Source of the DNA: Microgenomates group bacterium ADurb.Bin219
GTDB taxonomy: Bacteria; Patescibacteriota; Microgenomatia; UM-FILTER-40-11
Assembly (NCBI GenBank): GCA_002069945.1
Contig: MWCH01000004.1
Span: 4,959 to 68,958 of the forward strand
Direction: 5' to 3'
DNA length: 64,000 nucleotides
Of this stretch, positions 1 to 9,930 are shown one piece after another (position 1 is the stretch's first letter; each line of letters begins with the position of its first letter). Position numbers and translations under genes: made by a program. The notes under the pieces are model-generated. The model saw only the letters and a list, made by a program, of their open reading frames with translations. It ran no database searches and was not told where the DNA came from.

Positions 1-643
1 ATACAGTAATAAAAAGAAGAAATAATTTTTTCTTTGTTAATTTTTTATATTGTAAAATAGGAAAAAGAACAAATAGATTTATAAGAAACATCACTCCCAT
101 AAAATGAAATAATGTCGCTAAGATACCGCATAATACCAACCATAGTACATTCTTTATCCCCCCGATATTTTTAAAAGTTTTAACAAGTAAATATGCCCCT
201 AGAATCCAGAAGAATTGAATAGCTTGATACGGTCGCAGTTGTCTAGAATAAAGAATTTCAATATTTAGAAACGTCGTTAAGAATGCTGTAAGTAGGCCCA
301 CCTCGGCTACAAATAATTCTTTGCCTAATTTATAAACTACTAAAATCGTTAATACTCCAAAAATGGCAGTCGGTAATCGCAAAGAAAATTCGCTTAAACC
401 AAATAATTTCGCTGAAACCGCACTAGTCCAATATTCCAACCACTGGTAAATACCGGTTGAATAACCGTTAATTAAAACAGGTCTTCCTCTTTCTATAATT
501 GCTCTTGAAAAAATCGCGACATGCCCTTCGTCTGTCCAAAAAGAATAATTAACTTCCTGCCCGTTAACTCGATAAAGAAAACCGATCAACAACAGAATGG
601 ATAAAACCAATTTTTCCCATCGGTTATTTTTTTGCTTGAGCAT
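1..643 (-). CDS. GT-C fold glycosyltransferase (ArnT/PMT-like), 5' part only; the ORF runs off the left edge of the window
   Basis: Manual minus-strand translation from an ATG near 643 gives MLKQKNNRWEKLVLSILLLIGFLYRVNGQEVNYSFWTDEGHVAIFSRAII...LFGLSEFSLRLPTAIFGVLTILVVYKLGKELF... with no stop before position 1. The WTDEG plus LSEF..RLP..FG N-terminal signature matches the other GT-C paralogs in the window. It is absent from the ORF track, presumably because it has no stop inside the window. Confidence 0.5.
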   Translation of the reverse strand, partial: MLKQKNNRWEKLVLSILLLIGFLYRVNGQEVNYSFWTDEGHVAIFSRAIIERGRPVLINGYSTGIYQWLEYWTSAVSAKLFGLSEFSLRLPTAIFGVLTILVVYKLGKELFVAEVGLLTAFLTTFLNIEILYSRQLRPYQAIQFFWILGAYLLVKTFKNIGGIKNVLWLVLCGILATLFHFMGVMFLINLFVLFPILQYKKLTKKKLFLLFITV

Positions 644-1322
644 CTTGCCTTTCTTCGTCAAATATCTCCACAAACATCTGAATTACCCCTATGGCTAAAA
701 ACAAGTACGCCCAATTAGCGGTTTTTTCCGCCCATAAATCTTTTTTATAAATAAGCAAAAATGGGCAAATTGACAGATAACACAACGAACCAATCATTGA
801 AATTTTAGCTTTAAATCTAAACATTCGAACTACTATCACCCACATTCCGGTTAAGAACAAAATTATTGAATCTAATGTCGAAGTGATGATAAAAATCTCC
901 AACAAAATTCCGAGAAAACAGTAAAAAAGAAAAATATATTTTGAAAAAAAGTATCTTTTAATAAAATCAACTAATTCGAAAGTAAAAGCAACAAGGTATG
1001 CGATCGCTAGGACTAAATCCCTACCTAAATCACTCGAAAAAAGAGAAGATAAACCAACAATTTTAGGTTGGATGTTCTTAGCTCGACCTTCAATCTCTGT
1101 TTTTTTCTTTTTTGATTCCGAACTTAATATCTTCCAAACGAATTTCCGGTTAGCGATTACTTCCAAAAAAAAATAAATCCAAAAGGGAATCAAAAAGGCT
1201 AAAAAAAACAAGCGAAGGTCTAAGCCAAAATCAAAATTTATAAGTTTGGCTAGAGTTAATCCAACCAAGACAAAAAAAAGCGTGATAACGACTTTAAAGT
1301 ACTTAGGAAAATAAATTTTCAT
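624..1322 (-). CDS. hypothetical polytopic membrane protein
   Basis: 232-aa ORF, very hydrophobic with several predicted TM helices; no recognisable catalytic motif. Confidence 0.4.
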   Translation of the reverse strand: MKIYFPKYFKVVITLFFVLVGLTLAKLINFDFGLDLRLFFLAFLIPFWIYFFLEVIANRKFVWKILSSESKKKKTEIEGRAKNIQPKIVGLSSLFSSDLGRDLVLAIAYLVAFTFELVDFIKRYFFSKYIFLFYCFLGILLEIFIITSTLDSIILFLTGMWVIVVRMFRFKAKISMIGSLCYLSICPFLLIYKKDLWAEKTANWAYLFLAIGVIQMFVEIFDEERQDAQAKK

Positions 1323-1372
1323 TTAATTAAGTTTATAAAGTCCATTAAGTTATTCGGTTCAATCTTCAGTAT

Positions 1373-2113
1373 TTATTTCTCTACCTGATTTAGTGTCGCT
1401 GGATTTCTTATTTCAAACTGAACCGGATTGCTATTCTTTCCTTCTTTGGTTATTACTTTAAGTTTCATCATCCCAAATTTTCTCGGAACAGGAATCTCCA
1501 ACAGTAACGACTTGTCGTCCCAATTAACAACTCCCATCCTTTCTTCTCCCAAATAAACTTCTCCTCCCTTCCAAACCGGACCAAAATTCACTCCTCCGAT
1601 CTTCACTAACTCTGCCTGAATTCCCCGTTTGGGAGAGTAACTATAAATCTTCGGTAAATATTCTCGGGCAAGTTTTTCCTCACGATACTTAAGGTAGACC
1701 AATCCGCAAACCGAAAAAAAAAGGAGTAACATCAGGTAATATTTTATCGTTTTTAGGCGGGATTGCCAGTTAACCAGACTAAAAATGACAACCAAAAGTA
1801 TGATAAAGACGATCGCAATCTGAGAAGGAAGCTTGGGAGTAATAAACAAAATCTCGGTTATTACAAACTCAACCGGCAAAAACAATAAAGAATAAAAAGA
1901 AAGGGAGAGAATCGCCGAAGAAGAAATATTTATAACCGGATTAATGATGGCTAAAAATAATGGTGAGTTATGATGCTCCCAAATAAACTCTACGATTAAC
2001 GAACCCACCAAAAAAATTAAAACCGCTCCTAAGGCATAAATAATTACCTTAAATAAGACCAGGGTAAGCAAAAAAATCAAACATGAATAGATAAAAGTTG
2101 ATAATTGCTTCAT
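1373..2113 (-). CDS. membrane protein with a C-terminal IPT/TIG-like Ig-fold domain
   Basis: Four to five N-terminal TM helices. The C-terminal ~80 aa (SYSPKRGIQAELVKIGGVNFGPVWKGGEVYLGEERMGVVNWDDKSLLLEIPVP...KLKVITKEGKNSNPVQFEI) fit the IPT/TIG pattern (I.S.SP..G..G..V.I.G.NFG...V..G..V.W.D..L.VP...G.V.V.T..G.SN.F.I). Confidence 0.4.
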   Translation of the reverse strand: MKQLSTFIYSCLIFLLTLVLFKVIIYALGAVLIFLVGSLIVEFIWEHHNSPLFLAIINPVINISSSAILSLSFYSLLFLPVEFVITEILFITPKLPSQIAIVFIILLVVIFSLVNWQSRLKTIKYYLMLLLFFSVCGLVYLKYREEKLAREYLPKIYSYSPKRGIQAELVKIGGVNFGPVWKGGEVYLGEERMGVVNWDDKSLLLEIPVPRKFGMMKLKVITKEGKNSNPVQFEIRNPATLNQVEK

Positions 2114-2124
2114 CAGCTAAAAGT

Positions 2125-3330
2125 CTACAGGTTGAATTGAAAATCGTCAACCAGGTACATTGAATTAGCCGTAAAAATACCTGCCCCTCCTGAAGAAAAG
2201 CTTCGGTCATCAGTTTCTCCGATTTTGATAAAATTTTCTCCGTCAACCGAGAGCAAGAAAGTTAAATGAGTTCCTTTTAATTCTGCCTTTAGCCAAAAAG
2301 GGGTTCCTAACGTTAATTCAAAGTTTTGAATAATTCCTTTAGCTAAAGAAATATTCGCAACCTTGTTATCAAACTGGCCAATTTTATAAATCTCCCAACT
2401 TCCGGCGCCAACCCCGTCCATCATAAAATAATAACCAAAGCCGTTCTGATAATTTCCTCTTAAAAAGAGGCCAAAATTTCCTAATTTTAAGGCAATAAAT
2501 TTAGCTGAAAATGAGAAATTTTTAGCCGAACTTATCTCCCTAAGATTAGCAAGATTGCCACCTATCCCACTAACTAAAAGTCCAAACGAGGAACCTGTTT
2601 TCCCTAAAGATAATATTTTTGGAGTATCGGTATTCCAATCCTCAATATAATTGTCCTCTTTTTCAATCCACATCAAATCAAGATTAACAGAAGCCGAAGT
2701 TTTTGGTCGAGAGATTAGCTCAAAAGAAACTCTTTTAACCTCTCCTTCCTTAAAACCTGATCCTTTTTTTGAATACGGCCCGTTTGTGTAATCCTCGGAG
2801 AAATCTTTTTGGGGAACCGTCAATAAATTCCAGCCGGCTTGCAACTCGCGTATTGGGTAACGAGCGGCTTCTTGGCCATTTCCTTGAAAAAGAACTATCA
2901 CCAGATCCTCGATTTTATCTGTTCCCGAACGAACGTCTAAAAATAATTTCAATTTGGAAAAGTCGCTAAAGTTTAAGCTTTGGGGTAACTCCAAAATCGC
3001 TTTTGACCTCGAATGGTTCTGGCTACTTAAAGAAAGAGAGCTTTTCCCTTCAACAAAGTCGGTATAATCAAACTCACCATCTCCTTGCCATTTCTCCACA
3101 TCCTCAAAATGAGATAAATATTCAACTTTATCCAAGGATCGATCGGAATAAGTCAACCGGTACTCTTTCTTCATATAAGGAATTTCTGTCATCGTGTTTT
3201 TTAATTCGGAAAGATCATTCTTTTTCGGCAGAAAAAAAATTTTTCCCTGCAGATAAAGATAACCACAAACTAAAAAAACAACAAAAACAATAAAAAAAGC
3301 TAGCCTTTTTTCATTAAAATATTTTTTCAT
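2125..3330 (-). CDS. signal-anchored extracytoplasmic protein, beta-rich, possible concanavalin/LamG-like lectin fold
   Basis: 401 aa with a single N-terminal TM/signal anchor followed by a Ser/Gly/Asn-rich beta-type sequence. The C-terminal segment (...DGVGAGSWEIYKIG...LSVDGENFIKIGE...SGGAGIFTANSMYLVDDFQF) resembles LamG/ConA-like domains. Weak call. Confidence 0.35.
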   Translation of the reverse strand: MKKYFNEKRLAFFIVFVVFLVCGYLYLQGKIFFLPKKNDLSELKNTMTEIPYMKKEYRLTYSDRSLDKVEYLSHFEDVEKWQGDGEFDYTDFVEGKSSLSLSSQNHSRSKAILELPQSLNFSDFSKLKLFLDVRSGTDKIEDLVIVLFQGNGQEAARYPIRELQAGWNLLTVPQKDFSEDYTNGPYSKKGSGFKEGEVKRVSFELISRPKTSASVNLDLMWIEKEDNYIEDWNTDTPKILSLGKTGSSFGLLVSGIGGNLANLREISSAKNFSFSAKFIALKLGNFGLFLRGNYQNGFGYYFMMDGVGAGSWEIYKIGQFDNKVANISLAKGIIQNFELTLGTPFWLKAELKGTHLTFLLSVDGENFIKIGETDDRSFSSGGAGIFTANSMYLVDDFQFNL

Positions 3331-3402
3331 CGATATGAGTATGCTAAGTTCTAAACTAGTTTATTTTACAAAAAGAGTTACATCTTGTAAATCTTCAATT
3401 TA

Positions 3403-6400
3403 TCAGTTTTTAGCTTTAATTAAACCCCAAACTAAGCATCCCAAGCAACCAGATAAAGTTAGCCCCGATATCCCTAACCCAAGATAAAACCACCTTTGCG
3501 GCCTAAATTCAATTATTAGTTCATAATTTTCCGCTCCTTCTACGTCGTCAGGGCTAATTCTCCAAGAGTTTGCATACCCATTAACTAAAAAATGTTTGTC
3601 TTCCGATAATGGTTTCTTGCTCCAGGTTCCAAAAGTGCTTCTATCTAAAAAGATATTTTTATGCGTCCCCTCTTTTATCTCCCCGTCAAAATAACTTGCC
3701 ACAATCTCTCCATACTGATCACTAGTCACCAATCGCTGACCACTAATAAACGCTTTCCACCCCTGATGAAAACTTTCGGAAAACACTAAGGTATATGGTT
3801 CTCTCGCTCCTTCTACCTTTACCTTGTATTTTGTCGGGTTAATTTTAACAAAAGTTATCTTTGATACCTGCTTTCCGGTATTCAGTATTTTATCTTCAGT
3901 AGTTTTGTATTTTAACATTATCTCCGGCTGATAAATCCTTTCTATTTTCAAATCCTTATATTCAGTCACTGAAAGGAAAATAAAAGCTTTGTTAGCTTTA
4001 CTGGAAGAACGAAAAAACATCTCGAAATTTTCAAATTTATTGTTAGTGGGTAAAAGAACTTTTTCAAAGAGTTTTTCTGCACCAGATTCATTAACCGAAA
4101 GAAACGGCAATTTATCAGAGTTAACTCTAGGAGCCTTGTAGCTGAAAGAAATTTTATAAATCGAACTGGGTGAATAGTCATTAATCTTTAGATTATCACT
4201 AACTAAATTTTTGTAAGGAATCCCATTTGGTAAAACATACTTATGACTCCCTTGAGAAAAATATTTAGATTCCAGAAGTTTCCAGCTGGGAGAAGCAACA
4301 GACTCGGAAGTATCTAACAAGTTAGCCAAATCAGACGACTCGAAACTTGGTTTTTCAGTATTTAATAGTTTATCTTCAGCATTATCTCGGACGAATATCT
4401 CGTATTCTCCTTCCTTCGGCGTCTCCAGTTTGTAAACAAACTTTGTAAAATCCCGCTTGATTTTAAGTCCATTAATTTTATCGCTCAAGTTGATAAAAAC
4501 ATCTTTTGACTTCTTTTCTAGCTCTTTATCAAGATTAGCTTCATAAATTTTTTTTTGGTGAAACCAAAAGGTTTCTTCCAACTTTGTCAAAAGTGTTAAA
4601 AAATCTTGTGGATTATCATTTTTTAATTTTTCCAAAATTTTAATAGCTTTTACCATCTCATTTTCATAATTTGCCAATCTATCAATATTAAAAGTAATGA
4701 TCTCATTAATTCTTTTTCCAGCATAAAATAGGTGTTTCCCTAACAGGCTTTTAGGGTCCTTTCTGGACATCCACTTATCGTATTCTTCCTTTTTTAGTAC
4801 CAAGAAATAAAATAAGCTCCCGGGTTTTTGTCGAACAGAAGGTAAAATCATTTCCTCTGATAATATTTCCAGTTCGTCCTCGGGAATCGCATTTTCTAAT
4901 TTTCCCCGCACAAAAATTTCATCCATTTGATTAATCAGGTCTTTTGATCTAGATGAATCTAAAATATTTTCTGGATATAAGACCGATCGGTTGTTAAAAC
5001 TAGTCAAGTGAACAATATCATTTAAGCCAGAAAACTCATCATTTAAATAAATTGATTGTCTAGGAATATAAAATCGGGGTATGTAATATTTACTATTCAG
5101 TTCATACAAATTAATTTTTTCGCCAAATTTCATAATTTGGCTAATATAAAAATTGTTGTTCAAAAATGATTCAATCTCTTCGGACTTGTAATCGGGATAA
5201 ATTTTATTTAAATAGCTCCAATCAGAATCTTTATAATAGATAATGTTTTTTGCATTTGTATATTGTAAAACTCTTAACCAAGCTTCCGGAGAAATGGAAC
5301 TCTCTCGTGGATGAAGAGCCTCGGTAATTAACCGGTTTTCTCCTCCTTCGACAAAAGAATTAATCAAAAATTTATTTGTCCAAGAAGAAAGTAGTGGGGC
5401 TCCAGAATAAGTCCTTCCCCAAGAGTAGGCCGTAAAAAAGTATTGTTGTGTAAAAACGGGTATTTCAAGAAAACTTGAAATAATCTTCTGATCATTAATA
5501 AACTGACTTAGCTCAATAAATGATTTTGGAACTTTTATTGTTTGTGAAAGACCTGTTTCTTTTTGTGAACTTACGGAGCTGCCATTCATATAAGGCCAAC
5601 CGTATATCATCAATAGAGATAAAGTTATTAAAATTAAAAAGTGTTTTAAAGGAAAATCTTGTCTTAATTTTATAGACAACAACCTTACTAACTCCCCTAA
5701 TCCCAATCCAATCAATAATGAAAAAGAAAAAATAACCAGTAAATTAAAATAGGTTAAATTTCTAAACAATCTCGTCACATAAGGAAACGATAAAAATATT
5801 ATTTTCCCAACAACTCCAAATGGCGCTTTGATTCCCTTTTCTAAAAACAAACTGACAATAAATAAAATAAGTGGAAAAAATGCGAGTTTCCTGGTTTTTT
5901 TAAATATCAAGGTCATTATCGCAAAAACTACAAAAGCGAAAGTCAAAAAAATAATGAACGGAGAATAATAAAATTTAAGCCAAGGAGATGAATAAACCTG
6001 AGTCTTATAAGGCAAAAGCCTTAGGGAATCAATAATTTTTGAGCTCGTGGTATTTACCATTTGAAAATCATGATCTTCTTCAAAACCCATTTCTTTTCGA
6101 CCGGCATAAGCAATCCCAAGATTCCCAACCATAGGAAACAACCAATAAAAATTAGAGAAAATAATTAATATTATTCCCAATATGACTTTACCGAAATATA
6201 AAAAATGTCGTTTCTTATCCCTTTTGGTAATAACAAAATCGACAAATGCATAAATTGCAATCATTAGAAGATGCAAAACAAAATATTGTAAAGACGAATA
6301 TGCGGGAGAGCAAATAAAAATTGTTACTGTTCCTAACCAGAACAAATTCTTAAAATAATCTTTTTCAGAAATGAGCTTAATAAAAATATATAAAAGAATT

Positions 6401-6855
6401 GGACAGGAAACATAAAAAGGCAAAACTCTTAAGTTAACTGGCTCAAGCGGCATCCCCGACATAACAGCCGGCGTAAAAATGTAAAAAATTCCCGATATCA
6501 TTGAAGCAGTTAGACTAAAACCAAGTTTTTGAGCGAGAACAAACATTCCCACAAAACAGGCAAGAAAACCAAAATACAAGAACAATAACTGACCAGTATG
6601 TGCATTCCCTCCTAAAAAAGTAGCTGTCGCTGAGTAAAAATAAAAAAGTGAGCTGGTAAAATCAAAGTTCTGCCCAAGAGGATTCCAAGAAAAGAGGTGG
6701 TGTCCGACAATCCTTAAAAGACCCGATACTGAAGGCCAAGGATAAACTGGCCCATGGGCAAGAACCTCGTCTTTAGGCAGCCAGAACAAAACAGGTAATG
6801 GAACTGAAAAGGCTATTAAAATGATTGGTAAAATATTTTTTATTTTCTTTATCAC
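3403..6855 (-). CDS. giant polytopic membrane protein, YfhO-like GT-C-type N-terminal domain (~450 aa, >10 TM) plus a ~700-aa extracytoplasmic C-terminal region ending in a TM anchor
   Basis: 1150 aa. The N-terminal pattern (...YPWPSVSGL...HHLFSWNPLGQNFDF...) parallels the W-NP-x-GG-P-F region of the YfhO-like ORF at 50652-53084; there is a final C-terminal TM helix (LGLGISGLTLSGCLGCLVWGLI). Confidence 0.45.
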   Translation of the reverse strand: MIKKIKNILPIILIAFSVPLPVLFWLPKDEVLAHGPVYPWPSVSGLLRIVGHHLFSWNPLGQNFDFTSSLFYFYSATATFLGGNAHTGQLLFLYFGFLACFVGMFVLAQKLGFSLTASMISGIFYIFTPAVMSGMPLEPVNLRVLPFYVSCPILLYIFIKLISEKDYFKNLFWLGTVTIFICSPAYSSLQYFVLHLLMIAIYAFVDFVITKRDKKRHFLYFGKVILGIILIIFSNFYWLFPMVGNLGIAYAGRKEMGFEEDHDFQMVNTTSSKIIDSLRLLPYKTQVYSSPWLKFYYSPFIIFLTFAFVVFAIMTLIFKKTRKLAFFPLILFIVSLFLEKGIKAPFGVVGKIIFLSFPYVTRLFRNLTYFNLLVIFSFSLLIGLGLGELVRLLSIKLRQDFPLKHFLILITLSLLMIYGWPYMNGSSVSSQKETGLSQTIKVPKSFIELSQFINDQKIISSFLEIPVFTQQYFFTAYSWGRTYSGAPLLSSWTNKFLINSFVEGGENRLITEALHPRESSISPEAWLRVLQYTNAKNIIYYKDSDWSYLNKIYPDYKSEEIESFLNNNFYISQIMKFGEKINLYELNSKYYIPRFYIPRQSIYLNDEFSGLNDIVHLTSFNNRSVLYPENILDSSRSKDLINQMDEIFVRGKLENAIPEDELEILSEEMILPSVRQKPGSLFYFLVLKKEEYDKWMSRKDPKSLLGKHLFYAGKRINEIITFNIDRLANYENEMVKAIKILEKLKNDNPQDFLTLLTKLEETFWFHQKKIYEANLDKELEKKSKDVFINLSDKINGLKIKRDFTKFVYKLETPKEGEYEIFVRDNAEDKLLNTEKPSFESSDLANLLDTSESVASPSWKLLESKYFSQGSHKYVLPNGIPYKNLVSDNLKINDYSPSSIYKISFSYKAPRVNSDKLPFLSVNESGAEKLFEKVLLPTNNKFENFEMFFRSSSKANKAFIFLSVTEYKDLKIERIYQPEIMLKYKTTEDKILNTGKQVSKITFVKINPTKYKVKVEGAREPYTLVFSESFHQGWKAFISGQRLVTSDQYGEIVASYFDGEIKEGTHKNIFLDRSTFGTWSKKPLSEDKHFLVNGYANSWRISPDDVEGAENYELIIEFRPQRWFYLGLGISGLTLSGCLGCLVWGLIKAKN

Positions 6856-6870
6856 ATCATCATTCCAACT

Positions 6871-7821
6871 CTAATTGTTGTTCTTCACTACATAAAAACA
6901 CATCGTGTCTGATTTTTTAACCAGTGCTAAAACTATTGTCAATGGTAAAAAGAAAATTTTAACTGACATCCAAAACTTATTTACGTTCTTTCCGTTCCCA
7001 AATAAATAAGCTAAACTCCGACCAAGCGAATATGTTGAAATATCATATTTGACTTTCCTTATTCTAAATCCTCCGATAGAGAAAAGTAATTTTTTAAAAG
7101 TTTCAGAAGTAAAAAGATATAAATGCCTAGGGGTTTCTAGAGGAAACCAATAACTTCGAAAAATTATTGAATTTACACTCTCGAAGTTTGGTGTAGTAAT
7201 TAATAATAATCCCTTATATTTAAGTATTTTTTTTATCTTCTTCAATATCACCTTAGGGTCCGGCAAGTGCTCTATAACATGATTTAAAACCACCACGTCG
7301 AAAAAATTATTCGGATAATTGTTATTTACTAACGAACCATATTTTACATTTTTTAGACCTAGTTCTCTTTGGGCAAATTCGACTGCCATTTTGGAGATAT
7401 CCAATCCGTAAACTTCCCAACCGCAATTTTGGAGATTATAGAGACCCAATCCATTACCACAACCTAAGTCTAAAATTCGACCGTTTTTTTTAAAAGGTAT
7501 CGGATTATATACCTTCTCAAAAATAAAAGAGAGAAAATAGTCCCATCTTGATTTGTTTTTTTCATAGTATTTATTCAAAAGTTGATTATATAAATTTTGA
7601 TGAAAATCTTTGTTTGAAATATTGTAAGGCTCATAGGATGGTGGATAAAAATCAGATATATTTGTTGGCTTTGGATTTACAAAAATTAATCCACACTTAC
7701 AACACTGGACAATCTTGAACTTTCCTCCAAGATGGGTTAGAAAATCGTAACTCTCCCTTATCAATCTATTTTCCGAACTTCCACAGAGGTTACATTTTTG
7801 ATTATATTTTATTTTTTTCAT
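6871..7821 (-). CDS. class I SAM-dependent methyltransferase with an N-terminal zinc-ribbon
   Basis: Two CxxC pairs at the N-terminus (CNLCGSS...CCKCGLIF), then Rossmann motif I (ILDLGCGNGLGLYNL) and the acidic post-I residue (LDIS). Confidence 0.7.
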   Translation of the reverse strand: MKKIKYNQKCNLCGSSENRLIRESYDFLTHLGGKFKIVQCCKCGLIFVNPKPTNISDFYPPSYEPYNISNKDFHQNLYNQLLNKYYEKNKSRWDYFLSFIFEKVYNPIPFKKNGRILDLGCGNGLGLYNLQNCGWEVYGLDISKMAVEFAQRELGLKNVKYGSLVNNNYPNNFFDVVVLNHVIEHLPDPKVILKKIKKILKYKGLLLITTPNFESVNSIIFRSYWFPLETPRHLYLFTSETFKKLLFSIGGFRIRKVKYDISTYSLGRSLAYLFGNGKNVNKFWMSVKIFFLPLTIVLALVKKSDTMCFYVVKNNN

Positions 7822-7958
7822 ATCTATCCTTAATTGGCATTAAAAGATTTTGGAAGTTTTAATTCAACTAAATATTTCTAATTAATATAATAGAGAATCG
7901 TTTCGTTAAGCATATAAATTCCACCAAACTATACGAAGAAGGACGATGTTGGCTCTCG

Positions 7959-8585
7959 CTATTCCTCACTAGAATTAATAAATTTATTTATAAAATTATT
8001 AATATCGTAAAAATAATGAGCGTTTTTAATAACTTTTTCATTAGGCCAATTCCACCATTTAATCTTCAATAATTTTTCTATAATGTCTTTGGGAAATCTC
8101 ATTTTAACCACTCTCGCCGGATTTCCAGCTGCTACCGAATAGGGCGGTATATCTTTAGTCACTACTGCTCCCGCTCCAATTACAGCTCCGTCGCCGATGG
8201 TTACACCAGACAAGATATAAGCGCCTTCGCCAATCCATACGTCATTACCAATCTCAATTGGACCTTTAGTGAAAAGGTCATTTTCCTTGTTAGTTTTATT
8301 GATCAAAGAGATCGGAAAAGATGTTACTCTCTTATAATTATGCTCACTCACTCCGAATATCTTTACTCCTTCAGCAAAAGAACAGTATTTCCCAATTTTT
8401 ATATTTCCACTTTCCCCGAACATTAGAAATGTTTTATATCTATACCCATAAGTAAACGCTCCTATACAAATTTTTGGATGGAGACTGATAGCATAATTCT
8501 CTAACAATGAAATAATTTTACTCTTTAAGTATAAGATTCGGAATAGAACTCCAGATATTGGAAAAAATAGCTTCTTTCTAATCAT
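7959..8585 (-). CDS. hexapeptide-repeat (LbH) acyl/acetyltransferase, sugar O-acetyltransferase-like
   Basis: Hexapeptide repeats [49 protein letters not shown] are typical of the Vat/Mac/LacA-type acetyltransferases found in polysaccharide loci. Confidence 0.75.
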   Translation of the reverse strand: MIRKKLFFPISGVLFRILYLKSKIISLLENYAISLHPKICIGAFTYGYRYKTFLMFGESGNIKIGKYCSFAEGVKIFGVSEHNYKRVTSFPISLINKTNKENDLFTKGPIEIGNDVWIGEGAYILSGVTIGDGAVIGAGAVVTKDIPPYSVAAGNPARVVKMRFPKDIIEKLLKIKWWNWPNEKVIKNAHYFYDINNFINKFINSSEE

Positions 8586-8633
8586 TTTTAATTACTGTCC
8601 ATTTATTCAAGAATTTCCGTATGATTTCACAAG

Positions 8634-9914
8634 CTAATCTCTCTTCTTATTATACCTCAAATTTTTGAAGATAGATTTCTGAGTTTTTCTAGAATTTAAG
8701 ATTCTGGCAACTTCATAAGCTGGCTTCCACGCTAGTTTTTTGGCTCTAGCCATTTTTGTTTTCAATTTAGTTTTTATACTACCCGATTCTAGTAAAACTT
8801 TTTCAATTTTATTTCTGATTCCCAAATCTAAATCTTTGATATCAACTACCAAATCAGAAATACCCATGCCTTTAAAAATCCCTAACATTTTATGAGAATA
8901 GGCAATCCCAATAACTGGAACGTTAGTTGATAAGGCGGCAATAGCCGCATGCATTCTGGAAGCAATCACTAAATCACAACAAGAAATCGCTTTCTTGAAT
9001 TCAGAAGCTTTAAAATCTCTATTTAAAATTTCTACATTATTTTTGTTCTTTATTTTTTTAAAGATATCCCTGGCCGTTTGATAATCATCCCTAGTAATCT
9101 GAACTACATGAGGAATCATAATAACCTTAGCGTTAAGATTTACAATCATCCAATCAATTAATTTTGCCATAAAGTCAACAAAAGATTTATATCCAACTTT
9201 CCCTTTTTTACCTTGAAACCCGTATTTTGCAGCTAATTTGCTAACCGCAACTCCCACTAATCTCTTATCGTTTTCTCTAAAGCTCAAATATTTTTTTGAA
9301 GAATTTAGTAAAAAGGCTGAATCCATTACTAAGTTTACCTTCCTCTTTTCTATGCCAAGTTTAACTAAATGGTTACGAGAAATTTCATCTCTAACAGAAA
9401 TATAAGCACATTTATCAAAAAGATACTTTGCAATAATTCTCCCTAATCTACTGTTAAAAGGGCCCGTTCCCTCAGCATAAATAACTATGGGAATTTTCAT
9501 TATTATTCCAAGAGCCAAATAATATGTTCGCCACAGTAAAGGAAAAAATCCATAGTTCTCACCAAGAGTATCTCCATCGGTAGAAACAAAGACGTCAGAA
9601 GAAGCAATCTTTTTAATATCGTTATTTCTACAATGACCGGTTAATCTAAAAATAAAAGCATTTCCTGTCCACACGATCGCCTTGTAAACAGATAGAAAAA
9701 GATATTTTATAGACCTTAATTTTTCAGCTCTTCCACCAAAAGTGTCTATATATTCAACATCTTTAAGAGACACACAAGTTTCCGTGTAAATTGACAAGAC
9801 GTAGAATTTCACATCGGGAACTAGTTTTCTTATTGATTCAATCCTGGTTAATAGTAAAGCTTCCGCCCCTCGATTACAAAATCCTACAAAAGTACCAATT
9901 GTAATTGTTTCCAT
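8634..9914 (-). CDS. polysaccharide pyruvyl transferase family protein (CsaB/WcaK-like)
   Basis: 426 aa. The N-terminus (TITIGTFVGFCNRGAEALLLTRIES) resembles the conserved start of the PS_pyruv_trans family, and the gene sits next to an FrhB-like gene, which is the canonical pairing. Confidence 0.55.
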   Translation of the reverse strand: METITIGTFVGFCNRGAEALLLTRIESIRKLVPDVKFYVLSIYTETCVSLKDVEYIDTFGGRAEKLRSIKYLFLSVYKAIVWTGNAFIFRLTGHCRNNDIKKIASSDVFVSTDGDTLGENYGFFPLLWRTYYLALGIIMKIPIVIYAEGTGPFNSRLGRIIAKYLFDKCAYISVRDEISRNHLVKLGIEKRKVNLVMDSAFLLNSSKKYLSFRENDKRLVGVAVSKLAAKYGFQGKKGKVGYKSFVDFMAKLIDWMIVNLNAKVIMIPHVVQITRDDYQTARDIFKKIKNKNNVEILNRDFKASEFKKAISCCDLVIASRMHAAIAALSTNVPVIGIAYSHKMLGIFKGMGISDLVVDIKDLDLGIRNKIEKVLLESGSIKTKLKTKMARAKKLAWKPAYEVARILNSRKTQKSIFKNLRYNKKRD

Positions 9915-9930
9915 TTTTTCGAATAAATTA

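Noticed and set aside
2049-2246. Short ORFs from the six-frame track lying on the plus strand or overlapping larger minus-strand genes, for example 2049-2246, 2769-2969, 3003-3293, 3966-4181, 10983-11204, 11901-12098, 13533-13745, 14580-14840, 15403-15704, 18107-18343, 18695-18877, 20990-21537, 21574-21879, 22283-22474, 23233-23430, 24606-25018, 25139-25871, 26183-26392, 27085-27288, 27718-28057, 30623-30850, 31612-31879, 32568-32753, 34007-34252, 37553-37795, 38669-38854, 42592-42813, 43469-43699, 45554-45842, 47463-47720, 48660-48959, 49661-50257, 50760-51020, 55092-55475, 55626-56141, 56579-57114, 58259-58674, 59412-59618, 61756-61980, 63223-63405
   Set aside because: All are 60-115 aa, embedded in or antisense to long ORFs with clear protein-family signatures. 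They have low-complexity or compositionally odd translations and no motifs. The dense 4-nt-overlap operon structure leaves no room for them.
3331-3402. Inverted repeat TTACAA...TTGTAA (6-bp arms, 13-nt loop) between the 1150-aa gene and the 401-aa gene
   Set aside because: The stem is short and AT-only, with no U-tract; it is indistinguishable from chance in this composition.
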